DNA of 64,000 nucleotides from Eledone cirrhosa (lineage: Eukaryota). How positions within the stretch are numbered: the first letter of the stretch is position 1; the number at the start of each line of letters is the position of its first letter. Where the stretch lies: contig OZ024741.1 of assembly GCA_964016885.1 (NCBI GenBank), forward strand, positions 12,152,001-12,216,000, written 5' to 3'. A program made the position numbers and the translations under genes. Positions 13,982 to 25,554 of the stretch are shown one piece after another. The notes under the pieces are model-generated. The model did not search any database. It was not told the origin of the DNA and saw nothing but the letters and a program-made list of their open reading frames with translations.

Positions 13982-14150
13982 AGAAATGTTAGCTATCGCC
14001 GTATTTTGGCTAAAGAAATTAAAGAAATTATTTAGCCTGATAGTGGGGTTAAGAACCCTCGGAGAAATCGAAAAAAAATGAGTATTGACGTACATATATA
14101 TATATCACATAAGAAACGGAGAATCAGTGTTGCGACGAATCAAATTTATT

Positions 14151-14245
14151 AGACACTACAATCGTTTCTCTGGCGACCAGCTCGAGGCACGATCGATGCA
14201 ATGATCGAACCTGACTCTGAAATCGCAAGGTCCTCAGATACGTCT
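14151..14245 (-). ncRNA. Hammerhead motif with long extended stem II
   Basis: AGACGTAT-CTGAGGA-[~60-nt imperfect hairpin GCGAT..CGATC/GATCG..GTCGC]-GAAA-CGATTG-TA-GTGTCT. Confidence 0.55.
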
Positions 14246-14277
14246 CGTTTCCGACGCTTTAAGCATCCTACAACAAT

Positions 14278-14400
<123 letters not shown>

Positions 14401-14475
14401 CAAAGGAATTGTGGTAAGGAACCAGATGGACCATAACGCACCACGTACTCAATACTTAGGGTAGTAGAGTGGGAA

Positions 14476-14576
14476 ATAGGAAAAAGTATGACCCCGACGG
14501 CTGAGCTCAACCCGTTTAGACGGCTATTTCTGGACGTCGAAACGGCTTGAGCTCTGCCGCCGGGGTCATACTTTTT

Positions 14577-14581
<5 letters not shown>
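14476..14581. repeat. GC-rich inverted repeat with 42-bp arms (3 mismatches)
   Basis: ATAGGAAAAAGTATGACCCCGACGGCTGAGCTCAACCCGTTT and AAACGGCTTGAGCTCTGCCGCCGGGGTCATACTTTTTCCTAT. Confidence 0.9.
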
Positions 14582-14634
<53 letters not shown>

Positions 14635-15252
14635 TCTCTGTTCTGTCCCTGTTCAATTTTTTATTATATATATATATATATATCCTCGTGTATATGAGTG
14701 TGAATAATGTGTAGTAAAAAGGTGGAAGAGTCGGTATCAACATCATCATCATCAATGGCAGCTGGAAAAGATGGACTACAGAGGGGGGGAGGAGTGTTAG
14801 GGGTAAGAGATGTATGAGGACCAAGATAAGTGATTTGATATGAGGGAGTACAATGGAGGAGTTAAAAGAAGCGTGTTAAAGTCAGCTGACCTCACATGAT
14901 CATGACGTTGTCTCCAATCGTCTGTCTACAATCTAGATTGATCACATCTTAATTCTCTCTCTTTCCCTCTCAATCTCTCTCTCTCATACACACTCTCTCT
15001 CACACACACACACTCTCTCTCTCACACACTCTCTCTCACACACACTCTCTCTCACACACACACATTCTCTCTCACACACACACTCTCTCTCTCACACACA
15101 CACTCTCTCTCTCACACACTCTCTCTCACACACACACATTCTCTCTCACACACACACTCTCTCTCTCACACACACTCTCTCTCACACACACTCTCTCTCA
15201 CACACACTCTCTCTACCACACACACATCTCTGTGTCTCTCTCTCTCACACAT

Positions 15253-15283
<31 letters not shown>

Positions 15284-16076
15284 CTCACACACACACTCTC
15301 TCTCACACACACACTCTCTCTCTCTCACAAACACACATCTCTGTGTCTCTCTCTCTCACACACTCTCTCTCTCACACACACACTCTCTGTGTCTCTCTCT
15401 CACACAAACTATCTCTCTTTCTCTCTCTTTCTCTCTCTTTCTCTCTCTTTCTCTCTCTTTCTCTCTCTTTCTCTCTCTTTCTCACTCTCTCTTTCTTTCC
15501 CTTTTTCTCTCTCACATCCACTCTCTTTCTCTTTCTTACCCTCTCTTTCTCTCTCTCGTACTTTCTCCTTCTCCTTCTCTTTCTTTCTCTTTCTCTCTCT
15601 CACATACTATCTCTCTTTCTCTCCCTCCCCCTCTCTCTTTCTCTCTCACACACTATCTCTCTTTCTCTCCCCCTCTCTCTTTCTCTCTCACACACACACA
15701 TTCTGTCTCACATTCTCTCTCTTTCCCTTCCTCTCTCTCTATCACACACACACACTCTCTCTCTCTTTCTCTCTCTCTCTCTTTCTGTTATTGTTGTTTT
15801 ATTTCTGTTGGTGTTATTTTTATTCGTGGTGGCGTTGTTGCTGTTTCTGTTGTTAGTGTTGTTGTTGTTGTTACTGGGGGTTCTATTGTTGTTCTTAGTG
15901 TTGGTGTGGTTGTTGGGGTCGATGGTTTTTATTGTGGGTCAGTTTAGTTCTGTGTGTATATGTTTGTGTGTGTGAGAGTGTGAGAGTACCTTAATACATA
16001 CATACACATATGTGTGTATGTGTATATATATATATATATACACACATATGTGTGTATGTGTATATATATATACACA

Positions 16077-16176
<100 letters not shown>

Positions 16177-16214
16177 ATGAGGGTGAGTGAGTGCGTGTGT
16201 GCGTATATATATGT

Positions 16215-16272
<58 letters not shown>

Positions 16273-16314
16273 ATACACAGAGAGTGATGTGGGTGAGTAC
16301 GTGTGTGTATGCAT

Positions 16315-16348
<34 letters not shown>

Positions 16349-16547
16349 GTATGTACGTACGTGTGTGTGCGTGTATGTATGTGTGTGTGTGTGTTCATGT
16401 GTGTATATGTGTGTGTGTATATATGTGTGTGTGTGTGTGTGTTTTGCTCCGACGTGGATTGACGAGGCGTGAAGTAAATTGTAAAAAGATATACCGGAAA
16501 CTTAAAAAGGTGTAGGGGGCGCTGTAGTATGTGAAAATGGCTGACAC

Positions 16548-18090
16548 GTTATTGTGGAAATAGAGTTAAATATAACACACTCACACTGACACTGACACAC
16601 ACATACTCACACACTCACACACACATATACACACACTCACAGATTATTGTGGAAATAGAGTTAAATATAACACACTCACACTGACACACACTCACACACA
16701 CACTCACACACACATATACACACACTCACAGATTATTGTGGAAATAGAGTTAAATATAACACACTCACACTGACACTGACACACACTTACACACACACTC
16801 ACACACACATACACACACACACTCACAGATTATTGTGGAAATAGAGTTAAATATAACACACTCACACTGACACACACTTACACACACACTCACACACACA
16901 TACACACACACTCACAGATTATTGTGGAAATAGAGTTAAATATAACACACTCACACTGACACTGACACACACATACACACACACACACTCACACACACAC
17001 ATACACACACTCACAGATTATTGTGGAAATAGAGTTAAATATAACACACTCATACTGACACACACATACACACACACACACTCACACACACATATACACA
17101 CACTCACAGATTATTGTGGAAATAGAGTTAAATATAACACACTCATACTGACACACACATACACACACACACACTCACACACACATATACACACACTCAC
17201 AGATTATTGTGGAAATAGAGTTAAATATAACACACTCATACTGACACACACACTCACACACACATACACACACTCACAGATTATTGTGGAAATAGAGTTA
17301 AATATAACACACTCATACTGACACACACATACTCACACACACACTCACACACACATATACACACACTCACAGATTATTGTGGAAATAGAGTTAAATATAA
17401 CACACTCACACTGACACTGACACACACTCACACACACTCACACACACTCACACACACATATACACACACTCACAGATTATTGTGGAAATAGAGTTAAATA
17501 TAACACACACACTGACACTGACACACACATACTCACACACTCACACACACATATACACACACTCACAGATTATTGTGGAAATAGAGTTAAATATAACACA
17601 CTCACACTGACACTGACACACACTCACACACACACTCACACACACATATACACACACTCACAGATTATTGTGGAAATAGAGTTAAATATAACACACTCAT
17701 ACTGACACTGACACACACTTACACACACACTCACACACACATACACACACTCACAGATTATTGTGGAAATAGAGTTAAATATAACACACTCACACTGACA
17801 CTGACACACACTTATACACACACTCACACACACATACACACACTCACACACACACATATACACACACTCACAGATTATTGTGGAAATAGAGTTAAATATA
17901 ACACACTCACACTGACACATCACACATACACATACTGACACACACACTCACACAATCTCACATACACACACACACTCGCACATACACACACACTGACACA
18001 CTCTGACACACACACACACATACTCACACACACACTCACACACACATATACACACACACAGATTATTGTGGAAATAGAGTTAAATATAGA
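16548..18090. repeat. Minisatellite with invariant core plus variable CA-rich spacer, about 16 copies
   Basis: The core GATTATTGTGGAAATAGAGTTAAATATAACACAC recurs mostly every 80-115 bp. Confidence 0.95.
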
Positions 18091-18321
18091 GGGGAGTCAT
18101 CACACATACACATACTGACACACACACTCACACACTCTCACATACAAACACACACACACTCGCACATACACACACACTCGCACACTCTGACACACACACA
18201 CACACACGTACACATATATATATGTATGTATACGTGTCTGTGTGTGTGTGTGTGCACACATACATATAAACATATACATATGTATGGATATGTATCTGTC
18301 TCTCTCTCTCTAGAGAGAGAG

Positions 18322-18361
<40 letters not shown>

Positions 18362-18451
18362 GTATGTAGACATATATGTGTGTGTGACTGTGTGTGTGTA
18401 TATACATATATATATATGTGTGTATATATATATATATATATGTGTGTGTGC

Positions 18452-18709
<258 letters not shown>

Positions 18710-18710
18710 A

Positions 18711-18792
<82 letters not shown>

Positions 18793-18917
18793 TATCTAAA
18801 CCATGCACCTGAACGTTTCCTTCCGACTGTACATTGGAAAGTTTAATGCTTTTGCACTCAAAACTATAGACAATACACACACACACCTTTCTCTCTCAAC
18901 CCCTTCTCGCTCACTCC

Positions 18918-18962
<45 letters not shown>

Positions 18963-18967
18963 AATAA

Positions 18968-19175
18968 GGGCGCTGCGGAGTTGCAAATGGGTTACATATG
19001 AAAAAAGTTTGTCCTTCATCAGTGATCTTCCAACCATAATAGGCATTTCATCGCTTTAAAGACCATATACCTCCGGTTGGTGCGAGCAACGGCTAAAAAA
19101 AGTCGTTGGGACACGTAAATAAAGGAGACGCGAGTGTAAACAAACAAAATGGTGAAGCAATAGAAAGTGAGGAAA
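18968..19175 (-). repeat. Unclassified dispersed repeat, copy 2
   Basis: Reverse-complement homology to 5500-5730. Confidence 0.75.
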
Positions 19176-19224
19176 TATATATATGTAAAAGTTCTATTTA
19201 AATTGTTGGGATACAACAAGCAAA

Positions 19225-19950
19225 TATTTTTATAACTGATATAAAGCACTCAACAAATATTTGGAGTAAAAATACGTTATTAACAAATGGAAACTATATT
19301 TATAAAACCATATTTATTTCATTATACATATTTCAAGGACACCAAGTTAAATTATGGTGTGCTTTCATCAGATAAAATATAATATAGATCAGTTTTATAA
19401 ACAAATATTGACATACCCTTAAAGAATGCAACCATTACTGTTGGAAGCTCCCGGATAGTGGAGTTGTAGCTTTAATTATATTATTAGTATTGGATATTTT
19501 TAAAATATGCCATTGGGTTAAGGAGAAAGAGAAATATATATATATGCAGAGGTTATATTTAATTTTAAAATGTTTATAACTGATATAAAGCACTCAACTG
19601 ATTAGTGGAGTAAATATACAATATATTAATAAATGGAAACTATATTTATAAAACCATATTTATTTTATTATACATATTTCAAGGGCAACCAAGGCAAATT
19701 ATGGTGCGCTTTCATCAGATAAAATACAGATTTGGTTTATAAATAAATATTGACATACCCGGAAAAAAAGACTATCCAGGAAGCTCCAACCGTTAAAGTT
19801 GTCTTTTTTTCCGGGTATGTCAATATTTATTTATAAAACAAATCTGTATTTTATCTGATGAAAGCGCACCATAATTTGCCTTGGTTGCCCTTCAAATATG
19901 TATAATAAAATAAATATGGTTTTATAAATATAGTTTCCATTTATTAATAT

Positions 19951-19958
<8 letters not shown>
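19225..19958. mobile_element. Cluster of three Penelope-like pLTR copies (two direct, one inverted), each with a hammerhead motif
   Basis: Hammerheads at 19315-19379 (-), 19661-19726 (-) and 19847-19912 (+, GAAA>CAAA). Inverted arms at about 19613-19771 and 19801-19958. Related to the 5257-5320 copy. Confidence 0.78.
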
Positions 19959-20027
<69 letters not shown>

Positions 20028-20162
20028 ATGTGTGTGTTTGTGTGTGTGTACACACACACACATATATTATTATATATATATTATATATATATATATATTT
20101 ATATATATGCATACATATATATGTGTGTTTGTATTAGTATGTGAGTGTGGATGTGTATATAT

Positions 20163-20235
<73 letters not shown>

Positions 20236-20511
20236 ATAAAACATGTCTATAGAATCACCAGATAAAATATATACCGTTTCCTCACCCAATTACCATAATT
20301 AACCATATAAAAAATCAATTAGATCAAGCTATAAGAATAAAGGCTCCTATGAAGAAATCTCCGACAAATAACCGAAAGCAGCCCCTTCGCGGCGGTTACG
20401 ACGGATCATTTATCGAATATTTCGACAGCATGTATAAATCGACCAGATATACAGCCAACTAAACAGAATTAGGTGTAAAATAAACTAGAAGAAAAGTGTA
20501 CATATTTAAAT

Positions 20512-20589
20512 GCCTCTGCTATGGTTTCATCCGCATTTTAAGACATCCGATAACATTGGATATCTAGAGCTTCGGATTCTTCAGGATGT
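20512..20589 (-). ncRNA. Degenerate hammerhead motif with extended stem II
   Basis: CATC-CTGAAGA-ATCCG..AGATATCC(loop)GGATGTCT..CGGAT-GAAA-CCATAG-CA-GAGG. The cleavage triplet and stem I are mutated. Confidence 0.5.
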
Positions 20590-20925
20590 TAGCTCAAATT
20601 TAGACAATTAGTTTTCTAAAGTGATCGCGCCAAGAATACATTCAAAAATGGCTAAGAATCGTGACGTGGCAGCGGTCAAGTTAGAAAGGATGTGATTAGT
20701 TGCTTACGGCTGGTAGGCTTTTTGCTAGAAAGCGTAGCCCAATACAGCCAAAATTGTATCTCAACCTAACGGGAGATTATTACATATAAAGGTTTACATA
20801 TATATATATATAAAGTCATAAATATATATATGTTTTGCAACGGGTCACTTTGTAGCTCAATGAAGAATTAATAAATTAAATATATATATATATAGAAGTG
20901 GTTACACAACAGTTTGTTCACCATA

Positions 20926-20965
20926 CCGAGAACAATTGTTTCACCTTCGCGGATCTTCAGCTCGG
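20926..20965 (-). ncRNA. Minimal hammerhead in the 3' pLTR
   Basis: CCGAG-CTGAAGA-TCCGCGAAGGT-GAAA-CAATTG-TT-CTCGG. Confidence 0.75.
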
Positions 20966-21046
20966 GATGTGTATGGTTATAGGAACAGGAAGGACAACCG
21001 TACGAACGCGCATGCGCAGAAACTCGGTCACTTCACACAGGCAATA

Positions 21047-23256
21047 CTAGTCTGCGTGCGGTGTGGGGGTGGGCGGGGGGGGAGATAACTGCGAAAGTCC
21101 GGAAAGTTTTTGGATTGAAAATAAAATAAAAAAAATAAAAAATAAAATTACAAAGAATAAGTCCGGAGCCTTGTTGTTATGCAATAGATGTTTGGTGATG
21201 TGTGGACAACGTGTGAAAAATTCCCTCCTCGTGTTTAGGCAATCACTATTGCGTAATCTCTTCAGGATAGTTATTCGTTCGTCAATACATAAGCCACACG
21301 TTGGATTTGTCCTTGCGTATGGCTTGGACTTAGTGATGGCTTTCCATTGAATGGAGTAGCCTATACTTGAGTCCTTGAGGGACCATACGTGGCTCGCGAG
21401 TTTCGCGGATGAACGTCTGTCCGGGTATTTGAAGGTAGACTGGTGGTTCAGGAAACGCTCCTTGAATCGGCCCTCCGCCATGCCCACATAGGATTTGACC
21501 TCCTGTGGTTCGTTTGGTCGGTTGGAAGTGACCACAGCTCCATAGATTACAGCTGGTGTGTTGCATTGCTGTTGAAGAGGGCAAGCTTCAGGCTTACGGC
21601 AAGAGCACCCTGGTGGGGTGTTGCTCCTAGGGCTGCTGGTGATGTGGGCCTTCATGTTATTAGCGCAGGAGTATCCTAGTTTAACTTTGTGTCGGTTAAA
21701 GATGGAGCGGTATTTATGACATATGGGGAAGTGTCTATCTAAGAGGGCTAGAAATTGTTTTCCTACATTGGTTTTAACGTTGAGTGAGAAGGGAGGAGAG
21801 AACCAGATAGTTTGTCTATTGGTGCGCTTACTTTTCTTAATGGTGTTGTTGCTAGTGGGAGAGTAGGTGATAGGTTGTGAGAAGCCGCTGTTAGCCAACG
21901 CCGTGTTATAGTAGGGTGCCGCCCTGTCAAAGATAGCCTTATTAGAGGAGAGGTTTGAGATTCTAGTACTGATATTCTTAACGAAGTTTCTAAAAACAGT
22001 GGGAGGGTGGCATGAGTCCTTGTGAATGTAATTGAGTTTTTCGTTTAGCTTATGGAAGGGTCTGTGCGTGTGTGTGCGAAAGTCTAAATTAATGTCTAAG
22101 AAATCTACGCTAGAGAGGTTGGTGGCTACTGTTATCCTAAGGCCTAACTCATTGAAGGTAGAAGCTAAGTCTTTTTTAAACCGGTCGAGGTCGTGACCAC
22201 TTTTATGGCTCGATAAGGTCAGTCCATCGTCACGGTATATTCCCGTGTGGAAGTCCGGGAATCTAACACGTAATATGTCTAAGATAAAAAGGCCAACCAA
22301 GTCACATACGTCAGCACTGTCAAACGATCCCATGGAGACGTCGAACAGGTGTGAAGATGTAGACTTCTTTGCCCAGGCTACTCCGTCGTTGAAGAGGAGG
22401 GTTTTCCGGCAGTGAGCGATGATTTCCCTGTCTAAACCATCGACGGTGGTATAAGTGGTAGCGAAGTCTAACGCTTTGTTTAACAGGGTCTCTGAGATCG
22501 ACGGGTAAAAATCGACAATGTCAAACTGTGTGAACTTCGCTTTTTTGGATTTTAAGGAGTTAAACCACTTAATTACGGAGTCGCTGTTCTCCCACTGGGG
22601 CAGGTTGGACTTGGTCCTAATGGTCTTAACTATGTTTCTAAGTATGGCCTTACTGACTAGTCCCCTATCTGTGCGTGCCGGGTTTATTAGTCTACATGTG
22701 GGGTTAGAAGTAAAGTCTACCTTGTGATCTTTCAGGGTGAGGAACGCCTTCCGCTTAGCTAGAGATTGTAGCTTCTTATCTACCTTAAGGTTGGTGGCGA
22801 GTTCCTTGGCTTCTGTATTAATATCGTGGTAGGCCATAGGGTTAGCTTTCTTATATTTAGAAGTAATAGCGTTATGGGCCAGGTGGTGTTGTCGACTTCG
22901 TAAATATTATTAGTTTTGTCGGAAAGGACGAAGGTGTTATTAGAAGACCTACATTTCTTAATATCGTTTCTGAGATCCGTTTGAAAAGTGTTAGTGTGTT
23001 TGCGAAAGGAAATGTTAGCGACTAAGTCAAGAAGGTCCGTCTCGAAAGGAGCAAGTTCGGTTACCTTAGGAGGGTAGGCTCTCGATTTCAGGTTGAAGTT
23101 GTTGTTTGTGCCTGTAATTTTGCCGTCGAAAGCTAGGGCTCGCCATCTTAAGCGTCTGACGATATCTTCCGCTTTTTGTAGGAGGAGCTTTTGGTAAACA
23201 TGTTTGGAGGGAGTTGGAATGTTCTTCAGGGAGTAATTCAGTTCGTATAAATCCAT
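21047..23256 (-). pseudogene. PLE RT + GIY-YIG endonuclease ORF with a single frameshift near 22880
   Basis: ATG at 23256 starts MDLYELNYSLKNIPTPS...RRLRWRA. RT motifs FDIVDFYPSI, SMGSFDSADVCDLVG, IYRDDGL and VDFLD. Endonuclease motifs CSCR..CPL..C, VIY...YVG...FKERF..H and CGLCIDER...LNTRRE..TRCPH. Confidence 0.92.
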
Positions 23257-23509
23257 ACTGACGTTGATGAGACGCAAAATTGTGTAGGACACGAGGATAT
23301 ATAGAGTGCTCTCAGGGTAGTAAGCCAAACTCGCACGTGGTGAAGAATGTGCTAAAAGCCAAACTTCTACGTAGTGAGGAGAATCTGCTGACCGCTGCTG
23401 GAGACGTAGATAGTGGTGGTACACTGGAAGGTAATATCCGTAGTGGTGGAGCACTCAGTCCAAGGGACGAGTTAGGTAGAAGTGGTTACACAACAGTTTG
23501 TTCACCATA

Positions 23510-23549
23510 CCGAGAACAATTGTTTCACCTTCGCAGATCTTCAGCTCGG
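23510..23549 (-). ncRNA. Minimal hammerhead in the 5' pLTR
   Basis: CCGAG-CTGAAGA-TCTGCGAAGGT-GAAA-CAATTG-TT-CTCGG. Confidence 0.75.
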
Positions 23550-23883
23550 GATGTATATGGTTATAGGAACAGGAAGGACAACCGTACGAACGCGCATGCG
23601 CAGAAACTCGGTCACTTCACACAGGCAATACTAGACTGCGTGCGGGAGGTGTAAGGGAGATAACTGCGAAAGTCCTTGAATCGGCCCTCCGTCATGCCCC
23701 AAAATAAAAATTTTATTTTTAATTTTTTAAATTTTATTTTCAACCTAAAAACTTTCCGGACTTTCGAAGTTATCTCCCTTACACCTCCTGCACGCAATCT
23801 AGTATTGCCTGTGTGAAGTGACCGAGTTTCTGCGCATGCGCGTTCGTACGGTTGTCCTTCCTGTTCCTATAACCATACACATC

Positions 23884-23923
23884 CCGAGCTGAAGATCTGC
23901 GAAGGTGAAACAATTGTTCTCGG
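23884..23923 (+). ncRNA. Minimal hammerhead in the inverted pLTR
   Basis: Identical to the 23510-23549 motif, on the opposite strand. Confidence 0.75.
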
Positions 23924-24020
23924 TATGGTGAACAAACTGTTGTGTAACCACTTCTACCTAACTCGTCCCATGGACTGAGTGCTCTACCACTACGGATATT
24001 ACCTTCCAGTGTTCCACCAC

Positions 24021-24051
<31 letters not shown>

Positions 24052-24261
24052 ATATATACTTAAATATGTATATATCTACATATCTATATATGTATGTATG
24101 TATGTGTGTGTATGTATGTATGAATGTATGTATGTATGTGTATGTATGAATGCATGCGTGTGTGTTTATGTATGTATGTGTGTTTATGTGTGTATGTATG
24201 TGTGTGTGTATGTACGTGTATGTATATATGTATGTATGTACTTATGTATGTATGTCTATAT

Positions 24262-24730
24262 GTGCGACTAAACCGGCAACCCCACCAAGTTTACTTGGTG
24301 AGGAGGGTGATTTTGGACACCCTGCAGGACAAAAAAAGGAAACCTGACAAAGGGCGGAAGAACTCATAAGATTCAACGGCCATCCAAAAGTGTGTAAATA
24401 TGTATATACACATGTACCGCGCGGTTAAACCACTGGGAGTGAAGGACCCCTACCTTTGTCAGGGTATTCTTCTAGGAGAAGGCAACTCAGGAAACTGGGA
24501 TAACTCCGATATAAAACCTGCGGCTCAGTAGTTACCGATGATGTTGATCTTTTCCTCTTTTCGGGTAATAGCTACTGTCGCTCAGAGAGTGGGATTGGCT
24601 CAGTGCACAGTCTTTCCTCACTTTAAAAGATATATTCACGCACAGGCATTGCACGATAGAATTAACTAATAATTATTAATAATGGTATATCGTACAATGG
24701 CCATACTCGATAACGAAGGGGCAGCCATTA
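24262..24730 (+). mobile_element. Non-coding structured element resembling an RTE 5' UTR or non-autonomous derivative
   Basis: GC-richer island between (TATG)n tracts with several hairpins. The CTAGGAGAAGGCAACTC motif is recalled from RTE 5' UTRs and was not verified. Confidence 0.4.
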
Positions 24731-24808
24731 TGTCTATATGTATGTATGTATGTGTGTGTATGTATATGTATGTATGTATGTACTTATGTATGTATATATA
24801 TATGTATA

Positions 24809-25040
24809 TGTGAAGGCGTGTGGCTGAGTGGTTAGAGAATTGGATTCGCAATCGTAAGGTTGTGAGTTCGATTCCTGGACCGGGCGATGCGTTATGTCCT
24901 TGAGCAAGACACTTTACTTCACGTTGCTCCTTCTACCTGGAGTTGCGACCGATAGATAGTATTAGCAATTGGAAAGACCAACGGAAACATTGTTCCCTCG
25001 GTCCGATTTGACGAAAGTCGATCGCTAAAAAAAAAAAAAA
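24809..25040 (+). mobile_element. tRNA-derived SINE with A-rich tail
   Basis: A box TGGCTGAGTGG, B box GTTCGATTCC, central GTCCTTGAGCAAGACACTTTACTTCAC (Meta/CORE-like domain) and a poly(A) run. Second copy at 7668-7878. Confidence 0.9.
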
Positions 25041-25074
25041 TATATATGTATGTATGTATGTGTGTATGTATGTA

Positions 25075-25155
<81 letters not shown>

Positions 25156-25318
25156 AGGACACACAACACAATTGACAAAATATATAACACAAAAAACCAC
25201 CCCATGAGAAAAACGTAAGCAATGACCCCAACAATAATAGCGGAAGAGAAAGTGGCAGAGTGACAGAATGAGATAGATAGAGATTGAGAGAGAGGGGGAG
25301 AGATAGATAGATAGCGAT

Positions 25319-25350
<32 letters not shown>

Positions 25351-25554
25351 GGCGTGAGGTAGATAGATAGATACAGAGAATGAGAGAGAGAGAAAGAAAG
25401 CGGGAGAGGGAGAGAGACAGTTAAAAAGAGTTATGATGTGTATTAAAATGGCCGCCGTATAAGTGAATTTTTAATGTTGTGATGCTGATACGATATGTAT
25501 GTGTTGTGTGTATGTAGTTATCTATGTATGTGTATGTGTGTATGTGATTGATAG

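Larger units (their letters stand above)
20894..24023 (-). mobile_element. Near full-length Naiad-type Penelope-like retroelement with direct and inverted pLTRs
   Basis: RT + GIY-YIG ORF. 3' pLTR at 20894-21100 matches the 5' pLTR at 23478-23675. An inverted copy lies at about 23701-24023. (TA)n on both flanks. Confidence 0.93.

Noticed and set aside
16548-18090. CRISPR-like repeat/spacer appearance
   Set aside because: Spacers are related CA-rich microsatellite rather than unique sequence. There are no cas genes and the context is eukaryotic.
21047-23256. Selenoprotein-type Naiad or programmed frameshift
   Set aside because: There is no in-frame TGA. The break near 22880 looks like a small deletion, with no slippery site.
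24815-24885. tRNA gene
   Set aside because: A and B boxes are present, but the sequence continues into a SINE body and tail, and a second diverged copy exists at 7668-7878.
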